Positions 29,412 through 39,252 of a stretch of DNA of 64,000 bases are shown here, in pieces. The first letter of the stretch is position 1. The number at the start of each line of letters is the position of its first letter. Source of the DNA: Alphaproteobacteria bacterium (GTDB lineage Bacteria; Pseudomonadota; Alphaproteobacteria; UBA2966); the NCBI GenBank assembly GCA_964291395.2, contig OZ219858.1, positions 1,216,001 to 1,280,000 on the forward strand, written 5' to 3'. The notes beneath the pieces were generated by a model. That model was not told the origin of the DNA. It searched no databases and saw nothing but the letters and a program-made list of their open reading frames with translations. Both the position numbers and the translations under genes were made by a program.

Positions 29412-30665
29412 TTATGTGCCGCCGTAGCGGCCGCGGTATGCGGCGAGGGCGGTTTCGAAGCATTCGATCGGCGCTCGGACGACGCCGGCGCCGATCTGGC
29501 CGCCATCGCGCCCCGCGATGCCGATGTCCATGGTCGGCAGGATTCTCGTCTCGACGACGCGTACGATATCGATTCCGGTGGGCGTGCCGCGATAGCCGAG
29601 ATAGGGGATGTGATAGTCCGGGTTCTCGCCGACGGTGATCTCGTACATCTTGAGGTTCCGTTCGACCATCGCCTCGGCCGAGCCTCCTTGGTACCGCTGC
29701 AAGGGAAAGGCCGCGGCCTGGGCGAAGCCGCCGAGCCCGACGGTCTCGGCGATCGGGCTCTCGCCCCCCATCCACGCGATCTCGTCCTCCGTGTGTCCAT
29801 CGAACAGCTTCGCCTGGACGGTGGCGTGGGGCCCGGCAAACCAGGCGTTGCCGAGCCCGCTCACGCGGATGGCGAAGTTCCGGCAGTTGAAGGCCATGGC
29901 GGTCACGACGCTGGCGCCGTCGACGCCGGCGGCGGCATCGGCGGTGCACTTGGCGGCGGCCATGGAGAGGCGGAGGAAGAAATAGTGATCCTCCGTGAGC
30001 GCCTGCACCGTCCGCTCCACGGCCTCCCTGTCCGCGGAGTCCATGCGCAGCAGGTAGGGAAAGAGCTCGCGGGTGAAGAGCAGCGAGGTGGCGGTGTTCC
30101 GGCTGTGCAGCTCATCGCCCATGTGAAGCCCGCGCCGCATCAGCGGCTTCAGCGGTATGCCGCCGCTCATGCGGACGGCCTCGGCGATCACCGGCGCGAC
30201 CACGTCCTGCACGAACAGCAGACGCTCGCGCACGCCCTCGTCGTAGACGCCGTAGTTGAGGCGTCGTGGGTTGGTGCCCTCGTACATGTTGCAGTAGCCG
30301 GCGTTGCCGTGGGTGCTGTTCTGCACCACGAACACGGGCATGGAGGCGGTATAGATCCCGGCCAGCGAACCGACGCAGCCATGGTCGTGGCAGCCGTCGA
30401 CCTGGATCTCGCCGCCGGCGAGTTTGGCGTCGGCCTCCTCGCGGCTCGCCGCGAGGCCTTCGAAGAGCGCGCCGCCGATCACGGCATCCCGCTGCCCGCC
30501 CACGTAGTCTCCCCAGGCCATCGGAGGCCCGGACGTGAGGATGGTGCCGGCGGTCATGCCTGGGAGAACCTCTCCCGCGGGCCGGATATCCACCAGCACC
30601 GGGTCGGCGGCACACAGACGGTCAAAGGCTTCCCGGTTGGCGGCGGTTCGATCGATGTCGGCCAT
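29412..30665 (-). CDS. DUF1116 (YahG/YlbE, AllG-like) protein
   Basis: ILTSGPP, GGALFEGLA, CHDHGCVGSLAG, LHMGDELHSRN, ETVGLGGFA, GTPTGID, GQIGAG. Confidence 0.85.
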   Translation of the reverse strand: MADIDRTAANREAFDRLCAADPVLVDIRPAGEVLPGMTAGTILTSGPPMAWGDYVGGQRDAVIGGALFEGLAASREEADAKLAGGEIQVDGCHDHGCVGSLAGIYTASMPVFVVQNSTHGNAGYCNMYEGTNPRRLNYGVYDEGVRERLLFVQDVVAPVIAEAVRMSGGIPLKPLMRRGLHMGDELHSRNTATSLLFTRELFPYLLRMDSADREAVERTVQALTEDHYFFLRLSMAAAKCTADAAAGVDGASVVTAMAFNCRNFAIRVSGLGNAWFAGPHATVQAKLFDGHTEDEIAWMGGESPIAETVGLGGFAQAAAFPLQRYQGGSAEAMVERNLKMYEITVGENPDYHIPYLGYRGTPTGIDIVRVVETRILPTMDIGIAGRDGGQIGAGVVRAPIECFETALAAYRGRYGGT

Positions 30666-30738
30666 GGGCCCTCGGCGTCGTGATCGGCAGGACGTTCGGA
30701 AGCACTCCCTTCGAAGTCTTGCTTGCGGAGACGACCGG

Positions 30739-31494
30739 TCAGGTGCGGGGTTCGTGCACCTCGGGATCGTAACCGGCGATTTCCACAAGGCGGTCCGCAT
30801 CCATGATCCGCAACACGCCGTCCCTGACCGTCAGGATGCCGTCCTCGCGCAACGCCCGAAGCGTGCGGTTGACGTGGACCGACGTCAGACCCAGCGCGTC
30901 TCCGATGTGCTCCTGCGTGAGGGGCAATCGGATCGCATGCCCGGCCCCGTCCGGCGACGTCAACCGGACCCGCAGGAACAGCTCGAGCAGGAGGTTGGCC
31001 ACGCGCTCCTGTGCGGTCCGGCGGCCGACGCTGGTGAGATGCTGGAAGGCGAAGTTCTGCTCGCGCGTCGCGATACAGGCCATGCGGAAGGACATGTCGG
31101 GTTTCTCGTGAAACAACTCTTCCAGCCCCTTGCGGGGAAAGGTGCAGACGCGAATGTCGGTGATCGCCCGCGCCGTGTAGGCGATTGGCCTATCGGGGTC
31201 GACCTGAAACCCCAGGAAGGCTCCGGGGAGGCAAAACTCCATGATCTGCCGGCGTCCATCCTCAAGCGTCTCGTAGAGCATCGCCCACCCCTCCAGGAGG
31301 GTGTAGACCCGGGGATTGACCTCTCCCTGGGCGAACAACTCGGCGCCGGCCGGGACAGCGCGCACACCGCTGCGGAACGACTCGACGACGGCCAGTTCAT
31401 CGATGTCGAGCGGGGCGCACACGGCCTGGTTGCGCACTCCGCATTGCGCACAGAAATCCCCGGGCTTCGTTCCCACCGTTCGCTGGCCAGCCAC
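30739..31494 (-). CDS. Crp/Fnr-family regulator with N-terminal Cys cluster (Fnr-like)
   Basis: CAQCGVRNQAVC, DGRRQI, RVCTF, GRRTAQERVA, LTQEHIGDALGLTSVHVNRTL. Confidence 0.9.
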   Translation of the reverse strand: MAGQRTVGTKPGDFCAQCGVRNQAVCAPLDIDELAVVESFRSGVRAVPAGAELFAQGEVNPRVYTLLEGWAMLYETLEDGRRQIMEFCLPGAFLGFQVDPDRPIAYTARAITDIRVCTFPRKGLEELFHEKPDMSFRMACIATREQNFAFQHLTSVGRRTAQERVANLLLELFLRVRLTSPDGAGHAIRLPLTQEHIGDALGLTSVHVNRTLRALREDGILTVRDGVLRIMDADRLVEIAGYDPEVHEPRT

Positions 31495-31898
31495 CTCGCC
31501 CTCCCGAGAGATTAGGCACGCCTAACCTACGGCAAGGTCGCGGGTCCCACAATCACCGGGAGCAGCGGAACCGAAGGCCTCATGCGGCCGCGCTCTTCCC
31601 GTCGAACCATCCCTTCCCGCATCCGGCTGCCGATGCCATCAGAACATGCCCGACGTCGATCTCTGGGCGAGGGTCAGCACGCCGGGCTGGGTCAACAACG
31701 CGCAGCATCAAGAGGTGATGAGCCGCGCATTGAAGGCGAGCGCCAATGAACGCTGAGCCGGCATCGAGAGGGGATCGGCCGACGTCGGAGGCGTCGAGCC
31801 GCGTCTGCGTCGCCGCAGCCGTCATGGTCTGTGCCGCGAGCCTGCCGGCCGCGGAGGGCCTGATGATCACGTTGAAGGCGGCGTTTGCCTGCAAGTGA

Positions 31899-33296
31899 TC
31901 AGGCGTCGTTGGCGCCTCTCCCGCAGCCGCGGCGACGGGCCCGGCGCTTGGCCGCTTTCAAGGCCTTCCTGAGCTCCGGGAAATACCGGACCGGCTCCTC
32001 CTCGATGGTGTGGCGGATCGTCCGCTTGAACTCCTCGGCGATGTAACTGTCCTTGGCGTCGTTGTCGCGGTTCATCTCCTCGACCGACGGCGTCACGGCG
32101 TTGCCGAGGATGAACTCGCGCAGCCAGCGGACTTGGTGCTCGTAGGCCCAGAGGTTCGAGTGGGACACCACGTTGAGCATGCCCACGAAGTACAGACCGG
32201 GCCATTCCGGCGGGATCACCCGCTTCCAGAGCCGGATGCGGTTGTTCGCGCGCGGCACGATGTCCTCGGACAGGAACGGCAGGTCGATCAGATAACCGGT
32301 GGCCGCGACGAGAACGTCGAACTCGTCCGACGTGCCGTCCGTGAATCGGATCTTCCGGCCCTCGATGCGGTCGACGCCGTGCTTCACCTCGATGCGCCGG
32401 TAGGCGATGTCGTTGACGACGGTGCCGCTGCTCGTGGCGTGGACCCGTTCGATCACCGGCGGCAGACCCAGCCGTTCCGGCTTGCCGTGGACGCACCAGA
32501 TGAGAAAGACGAGAAGCCTCTTGCGCAGCCAGGCGGGCATCCAGGGTTTCATGAACCAGTCCGTGAGGTCCGTGAACGCCACGCCGAAGACCATCTTGGG
32601 GGCGATCCAGACGCCGGAGCGGGCGACCAGAACGCAGCGCCTGGCGTTGACGCAGACGTCGCTGGCGACGTCCACCGCTGAATTGCCGATCCCGACGACG
32701 CAGACCCGCTTGCCGACCATCGGCTCGGGCTCCTTGTAGTCGTGGGAATGCATGTATGTGCCGGTGAAGCCGTTCCGGAACTCCGGCACGTGCACCGGCT
32801 TGGTCAGGTGGCCGGTGCAGACGCAAACGGCGTCGAAGACATGCTCGTCGCCGTCGACCGTGGTGATCCGCCACTTCGGATCCTGCTTGCCGGGTTCGAA
32901 AAGCGGGATCAGCTCGGTGACCTCGGAATTGAAGCGGATATGCTCCATCACGCCGAAGTGCTCCGCGTAGCTCTTCAGGTAGGCGTACATGTCCTCGTGG
33001 CTGGGAAAGCGCTGAACCTCCTCGGCAAAGAGAAAATCGCGGAAATTGGTCACGTTCTTGGCGGTATTGATGTGGAGCGTGCGGTAGGCGGAGGAGCGCC
33101 CGCTGTCGTTCATGTAGCACCACAGACCGCCGACCTGGGTGCCGATCTCGAAGACCGTGACGTCGAGGCCGACTTCAAGCAGGTGTTTTGCCGCGCACAG
33201 CCCCGACGCGCCCGCGCCGATGATGCCGATCCTCCGGGCGGGACTTGCGCCGGATTGCGCATCGTGGGCGGTCTCAGCGAGTGCTGCGGGATTCAT
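31899..33296 (-). CDS. Flavin-containing monooxygenase (FMO)
   Basis: IIGAGASGL, VGGLW, FTGTYMHSHDYK fingerprint, VVGIGNSA, ATGY. Confidence 0.93.
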   Translation of the reverse strand: MNPAALAETAHDAQSGASPARRIGIIGAGASGLCAAKHLLEVGLDVTVFEIGTQVGGLWCYMNDSGRSSAYRTLHINTAKNVTNFRDFLFAEEVQRFPSHEDMYAYLKSYAEHFGVMEHIRFNSEVTELIPLFEPGKQDPKWRITTVDGDEHVFDAVCVCTGHLTKPVHVPEFRNGFTGTYMHSHDYKEPEPMVGKRVCVVGIGNSAVDVASDVCVNARRCVLVARSGVWIAPKMVFGVAFTDLTDWFMKPWMPAWLRKRLLVFLIWCVHGKPERLGLPPVIERVHATSSGTVVNDIAYRRIEVKHGVDRIEGRKIRFTDGTSDEFDVLVAATGYLIDLPFLSEDIVPRANNRIRLWKRVIPPEWPGLYFVGMLNVVSHSNLWAYEHQVRWLREFILGNAVTPSVEEMNRDNDAKDSYIAEEFKRTIRHTIEEEPVRYFPELRKALKAAKRRARRRGCGRGANDA

Positions 33297-33418
33297 CGGA
33301 CTCTCGTCTGGTTGGCGGGTTCAAGTTTCGGGCAGAAAATTATGTCTTCAGCGGTATCTCCGCAACCGCCCGAACGTGACCTCCGATTCCTTGCGGCGAG
33401 GGTCTCCGGGCGTCGGCC

Positions 33419-34474
33419 CTATGCGCCGCGGCCGCATCCGAGCGCGTGCCGCACGAGCTTCCGCATGAGGGTCGGCAGGGCCTGTCGATCGAGCTCCGAC
33501 AACGGACACCAGAACGCCTCGGAGCCGAGGCTCTCGGGCGGACGCGCCACACGGGCGCGGAGCAGGTGAAACTCGATCCGGAAATGGGTAAAGCCGTGGG
33601 TCACGACGCCCGGTACGCGTTTCCAGGGCGCGCGCAGGGGCGCGTGCCCGCGTGCCGCGGCCACCGTCCAGGGCCGGTCCGTCCAGGGAGTCGAAGGAAC
33701 CTCCGTCATGCCCCCGAGCAATCCCGACGGCGGGCGCCGACGCAGCAGAACGCGCCCGTCCGCGTCGGCCGCCCAAAAAGCGGTCGCATGCCGCAGCGGA
33801 CGATCGGGCCGGGGGGCCTTGCGCGGCAGATCCTCGGCGATCCCTTTCCGTCTCGCGGCACAGTCGGTTCCCCAGGGGCAGCGGTCGCATGCGGGACGGC
33901 CGGGCGTACAGACAGTCGCGCCGAGGTCCATCAAGGCCTGCACGAAATCGCCGGGACGGTTTCCGGGCACGAGTTTCTGGTTCAGGTCCCGCACCCGCGC
34001 CTTGGCGTCCGGCAAGGGGTCCTCGATGCCATAGAAGCGGGTGATCACCCGCTCGGCGTTGCCGTCCACGGCGGCGACCGGGACGCCGAAGGCGATGGCC
34101 GCGATGGCCCCCGCCGTGTAAGGGCCGATACCCGGCAATGCCCTGAGCCCGGATTCCGTTTCGGGGAATCGGCCTCCGGCGGCCGCGACGTTTCGCGCGC
34201 ATTCGTGGAGGTTGCGAGCTCGCGCGTAGTAGCCGAGACCGGCCCAGGCGGCGAGCACGTCGTCGAGGTCCGCCGCGGCGAGGTCCGCGACCGTGGGCCA
34301 GCGCGCGAGAAAGGCCCGGAAGTAGGGCACGACCGTCGGCACGGTCGTCTGCTGGAGCATGATCTCGCTCAACCAGACGCGATAGGGGTCGGGACGGACG
34401 CCCGGCGGGGCGCGCCACGGCAGGTCGCGGCGGTGCCGGTCATACCACTTCAAGAGTTTCGTTGAGAGGCGCAC
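33419..34474 (-). CDS. mutY: A/G-specific adenine glycosylase
   Basis: RDLPWR, WLSEIMLQQT, GLGYYARARN, LPGIGPYTA, VDGN, C-x6-C-x2-C-x5-C. Confidence 0.96.
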   Translation of the reverse strand: MRLSTKLLKWYDRHRRDLPWRAPPGVRPDPYRVWLSEIMLQQTTVPTVVPYFRAFLARWPTVADLAAADLDDVLAAWAGLGYYARARNLHECARNVAAAGGRFPETESGLRALPGIGPYTAGAIAAIAFGVPVAAVDGNAERVITRFYGIEDPLPDAKARVRDLNQKLVPGNRPGDFVQALMDLGATVCTPGRPACDRCPWGTDCAARRKGIAEDLPRKAPRPDRPLRHATAFWAADADGRVLLRRRPPSGLLGGMTEVPSTPWTDRPWTVAAARGHAPLRAPWKRVPGVVTHGFTHFRIEFHLLRARVARPPESLGSEAFWCPLSELDRQALPTLMRKLVRHALGCGRGA

Positions 34475-34561
34475 GTCGATCCCGATGGATTCCGAATCCG
34501 TTCAGTTAACCACAGTTTGTTTTCGCATGACGGGAAAGCGGTTCTCGCTCAAGATGACCGC

Positions 34562-35077
34562 ATGACCGACAAACGTGAACGCCGGGGTCCGCGGCGCCTG
34601 GGGCGCGTCATCGGCAAGATCACCGACCCGGCGCTGCGCAAGCGCGGCTTCGTCCACACCGAGATCGTCAGGCGGTGGACCGCCATCGTCGGCGAGGAAC
34701 TGTCGCGTGCGAGCGTGCCGCAGCGTATCTCCTATCCGACCCGGCAGGCGGAACCCGGCGTGCTTCACGTGCGCGTCGAAAGCGCGCGGGCGACGGAGCT
34801 CCAGCACATGACCCCCCTGGTCATCGAACGGGTCAATACCTATTTCGGTTACCGCGCGATCGGTGCCGTCCGGCTGTCCCAGCACGAGATCGGAACGGCG
34901 CCGGGATCCTCCGCAGCGCAACCCGCGCCGGCGGAGGACGATCGTCCAGGCGAGGGGCAGCCGGACGGGATCGACCCCCGCCTCGCCCGGACCCGCGACC
35001 CCGCGTTGCGAGAGGCCCTGGCGGCGCTGGGCAAACGTCTCCGAGGCAGTTCGTCGGATCCGCCCTCGGGGACCTGA
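34562..35077 (+). CDS. DUF721 / DciA-family protein
   Basis: RKRGF, WTAIVG, ELQH, IERVNTYFGY; divergent from mutY as usual. Confidence 0.85.
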   Translation: MTDKRERRGPRRLGRVIGKITDPALRKRGFVHTEIVRRWTAIVGEELSRASVPQRISYPTRQAEPGVLHVRVESARATELQHMTPLVIERVNTYFGYRAIGAVRLSQHEIGTAPGSSAAQPAPAEDDRPGEGQPDGIDPRLARTRDPALREALAALGKRLRGSSSDPPSGT

Positions 35078-35243
35078 TCGCACGCGGGGAGAGTCAGTTT
35101 CGGACCCGGCGGCGTCGTTCATACGAGTCCGACACCGATCCCCCCGCCACGGGAGTCCGCATTGACTTTCGTGCTGGGGGCGATTATCTCCGCGGCGGGC
35201 CACAACCCCCCAACGGGTTGCAACTCTTCTGGAAGGAAGAGGA

Positions 35244-36407
35244 ATGAAACCGAACGCACGTCCGCGTCGGCCCCAATTCTCGTCGGGGCCGTGCGCAAAG
35301 CGGCCGGGTTGGACGCCGGCCGTTCTCAATGATGCCGCACTCGGACGTTCGCACCGGTCCGCGGACGGCAAGGCCAAGCTCAAACAGGTCATCGACGGGA
35401 CGCGGACGGTCCTGCGGGTACCGGACGCCTACCGCATCGGAATCGTGCCGGCATCGGACACCGGCGCCGTCGAGATGGCGCTGTGGTCGCTCCTGGGGAG
35501 CCGGGGCGTCGACGTTCTCGCCTGGGAGAACTTCGGACGCGAGTGGGTCAAGGACATCGTCGGTCAGCTGCCTCTGGAGGACGTCCGCGTGCTCGAGGCC
35601 GACTACGGCGAGTTGCCCGATCTCGGCGAAGTCGATTGCGACCGCGACGTCGTTTTCGTGTGGAACGGCACGACCTCGGGGGTCGTCGTCCCTCACGACC
35701 GCTGGATCGCTTCCGATCGAAAGGGCCTCACCGTCTGTGACGCGACATCCGCGGCGTTCGCGATGCCCTTGCCCTGGGAAAAGCTCGACGTCGTTACCTT
35801 TTCCTGGCAGAAGGCCCTGGGCGGCGAGGCCGGGCACGGCATGCTGGTTCTAGGTCCGCGCGCCGTGGAGCGGCTCGAGTCCCACGTTCCAGCCTGGCCG
35901 CTTCCCAAGATCTTCCGGTTGACTGTGGGAGGCAAACTCAACGAAGGGATTTTCGTTGGAGAAACGATCAACACGCCCTCGATGTTGTGTGTCGAGGACG
36001 TGCTCGATGCCCTGGCGTGGGCAGAATCCGTCGGCGGTTTCGACGGCCTCGTGGCACGGACCCGGGCCAACGGCGCGGCGATCGCCGATTGGGTCGATGC
36101 GACCCCCTGGGCGGACTACCTCGCCGCGACGCCCGAGACCCGTTCGTCGACATCCGTGTGCCTCGAGTTCGTAGAGCCCTGGTTTGCGGAGCTGTCGGCC
36201 GACGAGCAGGCCGCCGTGCCCAGACGGATCGCGGCGCTGCTTGCGGGCGAGAACGTCGCCTTCGACGTCGCGGGACATCGCGAAGCACCTCCCGGACTGA
36301 GAATCTGGGCTGGCGCCACGGTCGATCGGGAAGATCTCGAGGCTCTGATGCCCTGGCTCGACTGGGCCTATGCCGAGGTGAAAGCGGCGTTCTCCCGCGC
36401 GGCGTGA
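35244..36407 (+). CDS. serC: Phosphoserine aminotransferase (alphaproteobacterial type)
   Basis: [46 protein letters not shown]. Confidence 0.95.
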   Translation: MKPNARPRRPQFSSGPCAKRPGWTPAVLNDAALGRSHRSADGKAKLKQVIDGTRTVLRVPDAYRIGIVPASDTGAVEMALWSLLGSRGVDVLAWENFGREWVKDIVGQLPLEDVRVLEADYGELPDLGEVDCDRDVVFVWNGTTSGVVVPHDRWIASDRKGLTVCDATSAAFAMPLPWEKLDVVTFSWQKALGGEAGHGMLVLGPRAVERLESHVPAWPLPKIFRLTVGGKLNEGIFVGETINTPSMLCVEDVLDALAWAESVGGFDGLVARTRANGAAIADWVDATPWADYLAATPETRSSTSVCLEFVEPWFAELSADEQAAVPRRIAALLAGENVAFDVAGHREAPPGLRIWAGATVDREDLEALMPWLDWAYAEVKAAFSRAA

Positions 36408-36429
36408 CGTTCCGAACGCGAGCCGTCCC

Positions 36430-38010
36430 ATGGTGAAAGTTCTGATTTCCGATCGCATGAGCCCACGCGCCGCCGCCATATTTCGCGACCGCGGCGTAGA
36501 GGTGAATGAGTGCTTCGACCTCGATGCCGAACGGTTGCGGGAGGTGATTTCCGGCTACGACGGCATTGCCGTCCGGTCGGCGACCAAACTTACGGCGGAT
36601 GTCATCGCCGCCGGCCGAAACCTGAGGGTCATCGGCCGGGCGGGCATCGGCGTCGACAACATCGATGTGCCTGCGGCGACTGCCAGGGGCGTGGTGGTCA
36701 TGAACGCGCCGTTCGGGAACTCGATCACTACCGCCGAGCACGCCATCGCCATGATGCTGGCGTTGGCACGTCACATTCCCCAGGCGGACCGGTCGACCCG
36801 GGCCGGCAGATGGGAAAAATCGAGGTTCCTCGGAGTCGAGGTCGCCGGCAAGACGCTAGGCATCGTCGGATGCGGCAACGTCGGGTCGATCGTCGCCGAC
36901 CGTGCGCAGGGCCTGAGGATGAAGGTACTCGCGTACGACCCTTATCTCTCCACGGAACGGGCGGCGGAGCTGGGCGTGGAGAAGACGGACCTCGACGAAC
37001 TTCTCCGACGGGCCGATTTCGTCTCGCTTCATGCTCCGCTGACCGACGCCACGCGCCGTGTGATCGATGCCGAGGCACTCGCCAAGATGAAGGCCGGCGC
37101 GCGATTGATCAACTGCGCCCGCGGCGGACTGATCGTCGAGGAAGCGTTGAAGGAGGCGTTGGCGAGCGGTCATCTGGCAGGTGCCGCGTTGGACGTGTTC
37201 GCGGAAGAACCGGCGCAGCAGAGTCCCCTGTTCGGGCTTGACGGCCTGGTCGCCACGCCGCATCTCGGCGCCTCGACGATGGAGGCGCAGGAAAACGTGG
37301 CGATTCAGATCGCCGAGCAGATGTCGGACTATTTGTTGCTCGGAGCGGTAAGCAACGCGTTGAACATGCCGGCGGTTTCCGCGGAAGACGCGCCCAAACT
37401 CAGGCCGTATATGGCGCTGGCCAGCCAGCTTGGGCGACTCGTCGGCCAGCTCGTGGAAACGGGGCTGCGATCCGTGACGATCGAGTATTCCGGCGCGGTG
37501 ACCGCTTTCAACACGAAGCCTCTCACGTCGATTGCTCTCGAGGGGCTGCTCGCCCAGCAACTCGAGACCGTGAACATGGTGAATGCTCCCGTGATCGCAC
37601 GCGAACGGAACATCGTCGTGCGCGAGGTAACCATCGAGGTGGCGAGCGACTACCAGACACTGATCAGGTTGATCGTCGAGACGGAAGACCTGGTCCACGA
37701 CGTCTCGGGAACGTTGTTCTCCGACCAGAACCCCCGCGTCGTGGACATCGACGGCATCAAGGTCGAGGCCGAACTCGGGCAACATGTGATATTTCTCAGC
37801 AACGAGGACAAACCCGGAATCATTGGAAGTCTCGGCATGACCTTGGGCGACGCCGGCGTGAACATCGCGACGTTCCATCTCGGTCGCGCCTGTCTCGGAG
37901 GAGACGCGTTGGCCCTTATTGCGATAGACGACGCCATCGAGGAAGGCGTCCTGGCTCGGCTTCGAGAGCTGTCGCACGTGAAGCAGGTCAGAGCCTTGCG
38001 TTTCGATTGA
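36430..38010 (+). CDS. serA: D-3-phosphoglycerate dehydrogenase
   Basis: RAGIGVDNID, GCGNVG, NCARGG, TPHLGAST, C-terminal ACT domain. Confidence 0.96.
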   Translation: MVKVLISDRMSPRAAAIFRDRGVEVNECFDLDAERLREVISGYDGIAVRSATKLTADVIAAGRNLRVIGRAGIGVDNIDVPAATARGVVVMNAPFGNSITTAEHAIAMMLALARHIPQADRSTRAGRWEKSRFLGVEVAGKTLGIVGCGNVGSIVADRAQGLRMKVLAYDPYLSTERAAELGVEKTDLDELLRRADFVSLHAPLTDATRRVIDAEALAKMKAGARLINCARGGLIVEEALKEALASGHLAGAALDVFAEEPAQQSPLFGLDGLVATPHLGASTMEAQENVAIQIAEQMSDYLLLGAVSNALNMPAVSAEDAPKLRPYMALASQLGRLVGQLVETGLRSVTIEYSGAVTAFNTKPLTSIALEGLLAQQLETVNMVNAPVIARERNIVVREVTIEVASDYQTLIRLIVETEDLVHDVSGTLFSDQNPRVVDIDGIKVEAELGQHVIFLSNEDKPGIIGSLGMTLGDAGVNIATFHLGRACLGGDALALIAIDDAIEEGVLARLRELSHVKQVRALRFD

Positions 38011-38076
38011 TTCCGACGTTCCCGCGTGTCGGAAACGGGGCGCGGTGACGGGGTTTTTCGACTGGAGTTCCAATCC

Positions 38077-39216
38077 ATGAACGAGTCGCCGCCACGATCG
38101 CTTTTGCCCAACGGATTGCGGGACGCCTTGCCTCCGGAGGCGGGCGCGGAAGCGCGCGCCGTCGACCGACTGCTCGGGGTCTTCCATGCCAACGCATACG
38201 AGCGGGTCGATCCCCCCTTGGTGGAATTCGAGCAAAGCCTGCTGGATGGTCCGGGAGAGGCGGTATCACCGCAAACCTTCCGCCTCATGGATCCCGTTTC
38301 ACAGCGGATGATGGGATTGCGAGCGGACATGACGCCGCAGATCGCGCGCATCGCCGCAACCAGGCTGGCTCAAATGCCCCGTCCCCTTCGCTTGTCCTAC
38401 GCGGGCCACGTCTTGCGCGTGCGGGGGACTCAGCTGCGGCCGGAGCGGCAGTTCGTCCAGGTGGGGGTAGAGCTCATCGGCGCACCGGCGCCCGGCGCCG
38501 ATGTGGAAGTGGTCGTTCTTGCCGCGGAGGCGCTCGAGGCCGTCGGCATATCCGACATCAGCATCGATCTGTCCCTGCCCACCCTCGTGCCCGCGATTTG
38601 CCGGGAGATCGGTCTCGCCGAGGAAGAAGCGCGACGGGCGAGGGTCGCACTCGATCGCAAGGACCCGGCTGCCCTGTCCGGCCTTGGCGAGGACGCGCAG
38701 GCACTGTTGACGGCGCTGCTGGCGGCCGCAGGTCCCGCAGGTGACGCCATCAGCGGCCTGAATGCGTTGCCGCTCTCCGGCCGAACGAAACGCATGTGCG
38801 GCGAACTGGAACAGACGGTCGATCGCGTGGCGGCAGCGGCGCCCGGTCTCGGCTTGACGGTCGATCCGGTGGAGTTCCGGGGTATGGAGTATCAGACCGG
38901 CGTCAGCTTCACCGTCTTCACGCCGCGGGTCCACAGCGAGATCGGGCGGGGCGGCCGCTACGAGCTCGACACCGGTGAATCGGCGACGGGATTCACCCTG
39001 TTCATGGACGCGCTCGTCCGGGCGCTGCCCGCGCCGCATCCCGATCGCCTTGTCTACGTTCCCCACGGAACGTCTCCGGAGACGTCCGCGCGCCTTCGCG
39101 CGGACGGGTGGCGAACCCTGCAGGCGCTGTCCGCCGACGATGACGACACCGGCGGAGCCCGCCGTCTTCGATGCAGTCACATCCTCCGGGATGACGACGT
39201 GGTCGAAGTGACATGA
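38077..39216 (+). CDS. hisZ: ATP phosphoribosyltransferase regulatory subunit
   Basis: LLPNGLRD, LRADMTPQIARIA, RLSYAG, QVGVELIG, EYQTG, GRGGRY. Confidence 0.92.
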   Translation: MNESPPRSLLPNGLRDALPPEAGAEARAVDRLLGVFHANAYERVDPPLVEFEQSLLDGPGEAVSPQTFRLMDPVSQRMMGLRADMTPQIARIAATRLAQMPRPLRLSYAGHVLRVRGTQLRPERQFVQVGVELIGAPAPGADVEVVVLAAEALEAVGISDISIDLSLPTLVPAICREIGLAEEEARRARVALDRKDPAALSGLGEDAQALLTALLAAAGPAGDAISGLNALPLSGRTKRMCGELEQTVDRVAAAAPGLGLTVDPVEFRGMEYQTGVSFTVFTPRVHSEIGRGGRYELDTGESATGFTLFMDALVRALPAPHPDRLVYVPHGTSPETSARLRADGWRTLQALSADDDDTGGARRLRCSHILRDDDVVEVT

Positions 39217-39252
39217 TACGCTCTCGATCTTCCGGTACAGGATGAATACGAG

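Noticed and set aside
23670-31560. FNR boxes (TTGAT-N4-ATCAA) near the Fnr-like gene and island promoters
   Set aside because: Only half-sites seen by eye
10204-33418. Prophage or ICE
   Set aside because: No integrase, transposase, conjugation or phage genes, and no flanking direct repeats seen
34500-34525. TTAACCAC between mutY and DUF721 as a CtrA site
   Set aside because: No second TTAA at 7-nt spacing
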